A stretch of 58,553 bases of DNA, the filler included, from Platydemus manokwari (lineage: Eukaryota): NCBI GenBank assembly GCA_037951405.1. It is 4 parts of 4 records of this genome, joined end to end, with 100 filler letters (N's around TTAATTAATTAA, not from the genome) between each part and the next. Parts side by side here need not be neighbours in the genome. Positions count along the whole stretch, not along the records: positions 44,287 to 58,553 come from JBBMOY011494750.1; 3 more parts are not named here. One strand, written 5' to 3'. Every line of letters begins with the position of its first letter. Positions within the stretch are counted from its first letter, which is position 1. Below the pieces are notes generated by a model that worked only from the letters and a program-made list of their open reading frames with translations, had not been told where the DNA came from and ran no database searches. Positions 57,996 to 58,553 of this stretch are shown piece after piece. The position numbers were made by a program, and so were the translations under genes.

Positions 57996-58553
57996 TGGCG
58001 ACCACGCCGAAATTAACGCTCTCACTAGAGCTAAACGAGAAGAGAGGCATAAAACTTTTGCAAATTTGTCATAAAAAACTCAGGAATTATTAATTCCAAA
58101 ACCATCATTCTTCGATTCATCAATCCAAGACGCTGATAAACGGTTCCAAACAACCAAAGCTTTCATAAGCTTTAATCAAATGGAACTGTCATTTGTATTT
58201 GATATGCTTTTGAGAGATGACGCCAAGAATTCAGCAGTTTCAAAGAGGCTGTTTCAAATGAAGAAATTGAGAAATAGTTTTTAGAAACATTTTCACATGC
58301 CAAAACAGTGTAGAACAAGTATCAAGATTTGGCAGCAATCCAACAAAGACCAGATGAAAAATATCGTAGTTATGAACTTCGAGTAAAGAAGCTAGTTTCG
58401 GAAGTGTTTGACAAGAAAAACACTCTTGAAGAAATTACAAGATTATTTATTCTACAAGGTTTAAATAGCAAGAAACTGAAAGAGTCATTTACTCTCGACC
58501 CTGCAATGTCCGACGATAGAAGAAGAGAGCTAGCTGTCAATTTTGAGAAGTTA
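57996..58553 (+). mobile_element. 5' internal end of a Gypsy element: primer-binding site plus gag, running off the window
   Basis: TGGCGACCACG at 57996-58006 is PBS-like (complementary to the 3' end of animal tRNA-Arg(TCG), ...CGUGGUCGCCA). AATAAA at 57961. 58245-58460 is a close homologue of gag at 22100-22310. Confidence 0.78.

Overview
This is AT-rich eukaryotic (animal) genomic DNA with short GT-AG introns (many 36-60 nt). A flatworm or planarian-like invertebrate fits best, but the sequence alone cannot prove the taxon. The window is four contigs joined by an identical artificial spacer (44 N + TTAATTAATTAA + 44 N), so adjacency across the spacers means nothing. Recognisable host genes: a 5'-truncated USP9X/fat-facets deubiquitinase (+), the first two exons of a KCNQ1-like K+ channel (+) and a complete 9-exon TGS1 trimethylguanosine synthase (+). 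Unassigned genes: an intronless 305-aa membrane-protein ORF nested antisense in a USP9X intron and an uninterrupted 6.1-kb orphan ORF (-). Most other DNA is transposon-derived: two decayed RLE-type (NeSL/R5/Utopia-like) non-LTR retrotransposons carrying Ulp1/C48 protease domains, several Gypsy remnants, three Polinton/Maverick pPolB fragments, a hAT MITE and a Tc1/mariner MITE. Best leads: (i) an RLE element with two tandem Ulp1-like domains, one an apparent pseudo-protease; (ii) two divergent copies of an unknown small-ORF family (KP-ETI-PI-P-W-RxDLD) in a decayed intronless cluster that ends at a pPolB fragment; (iii) the nested gene; (iv) the giant orphan ORF.
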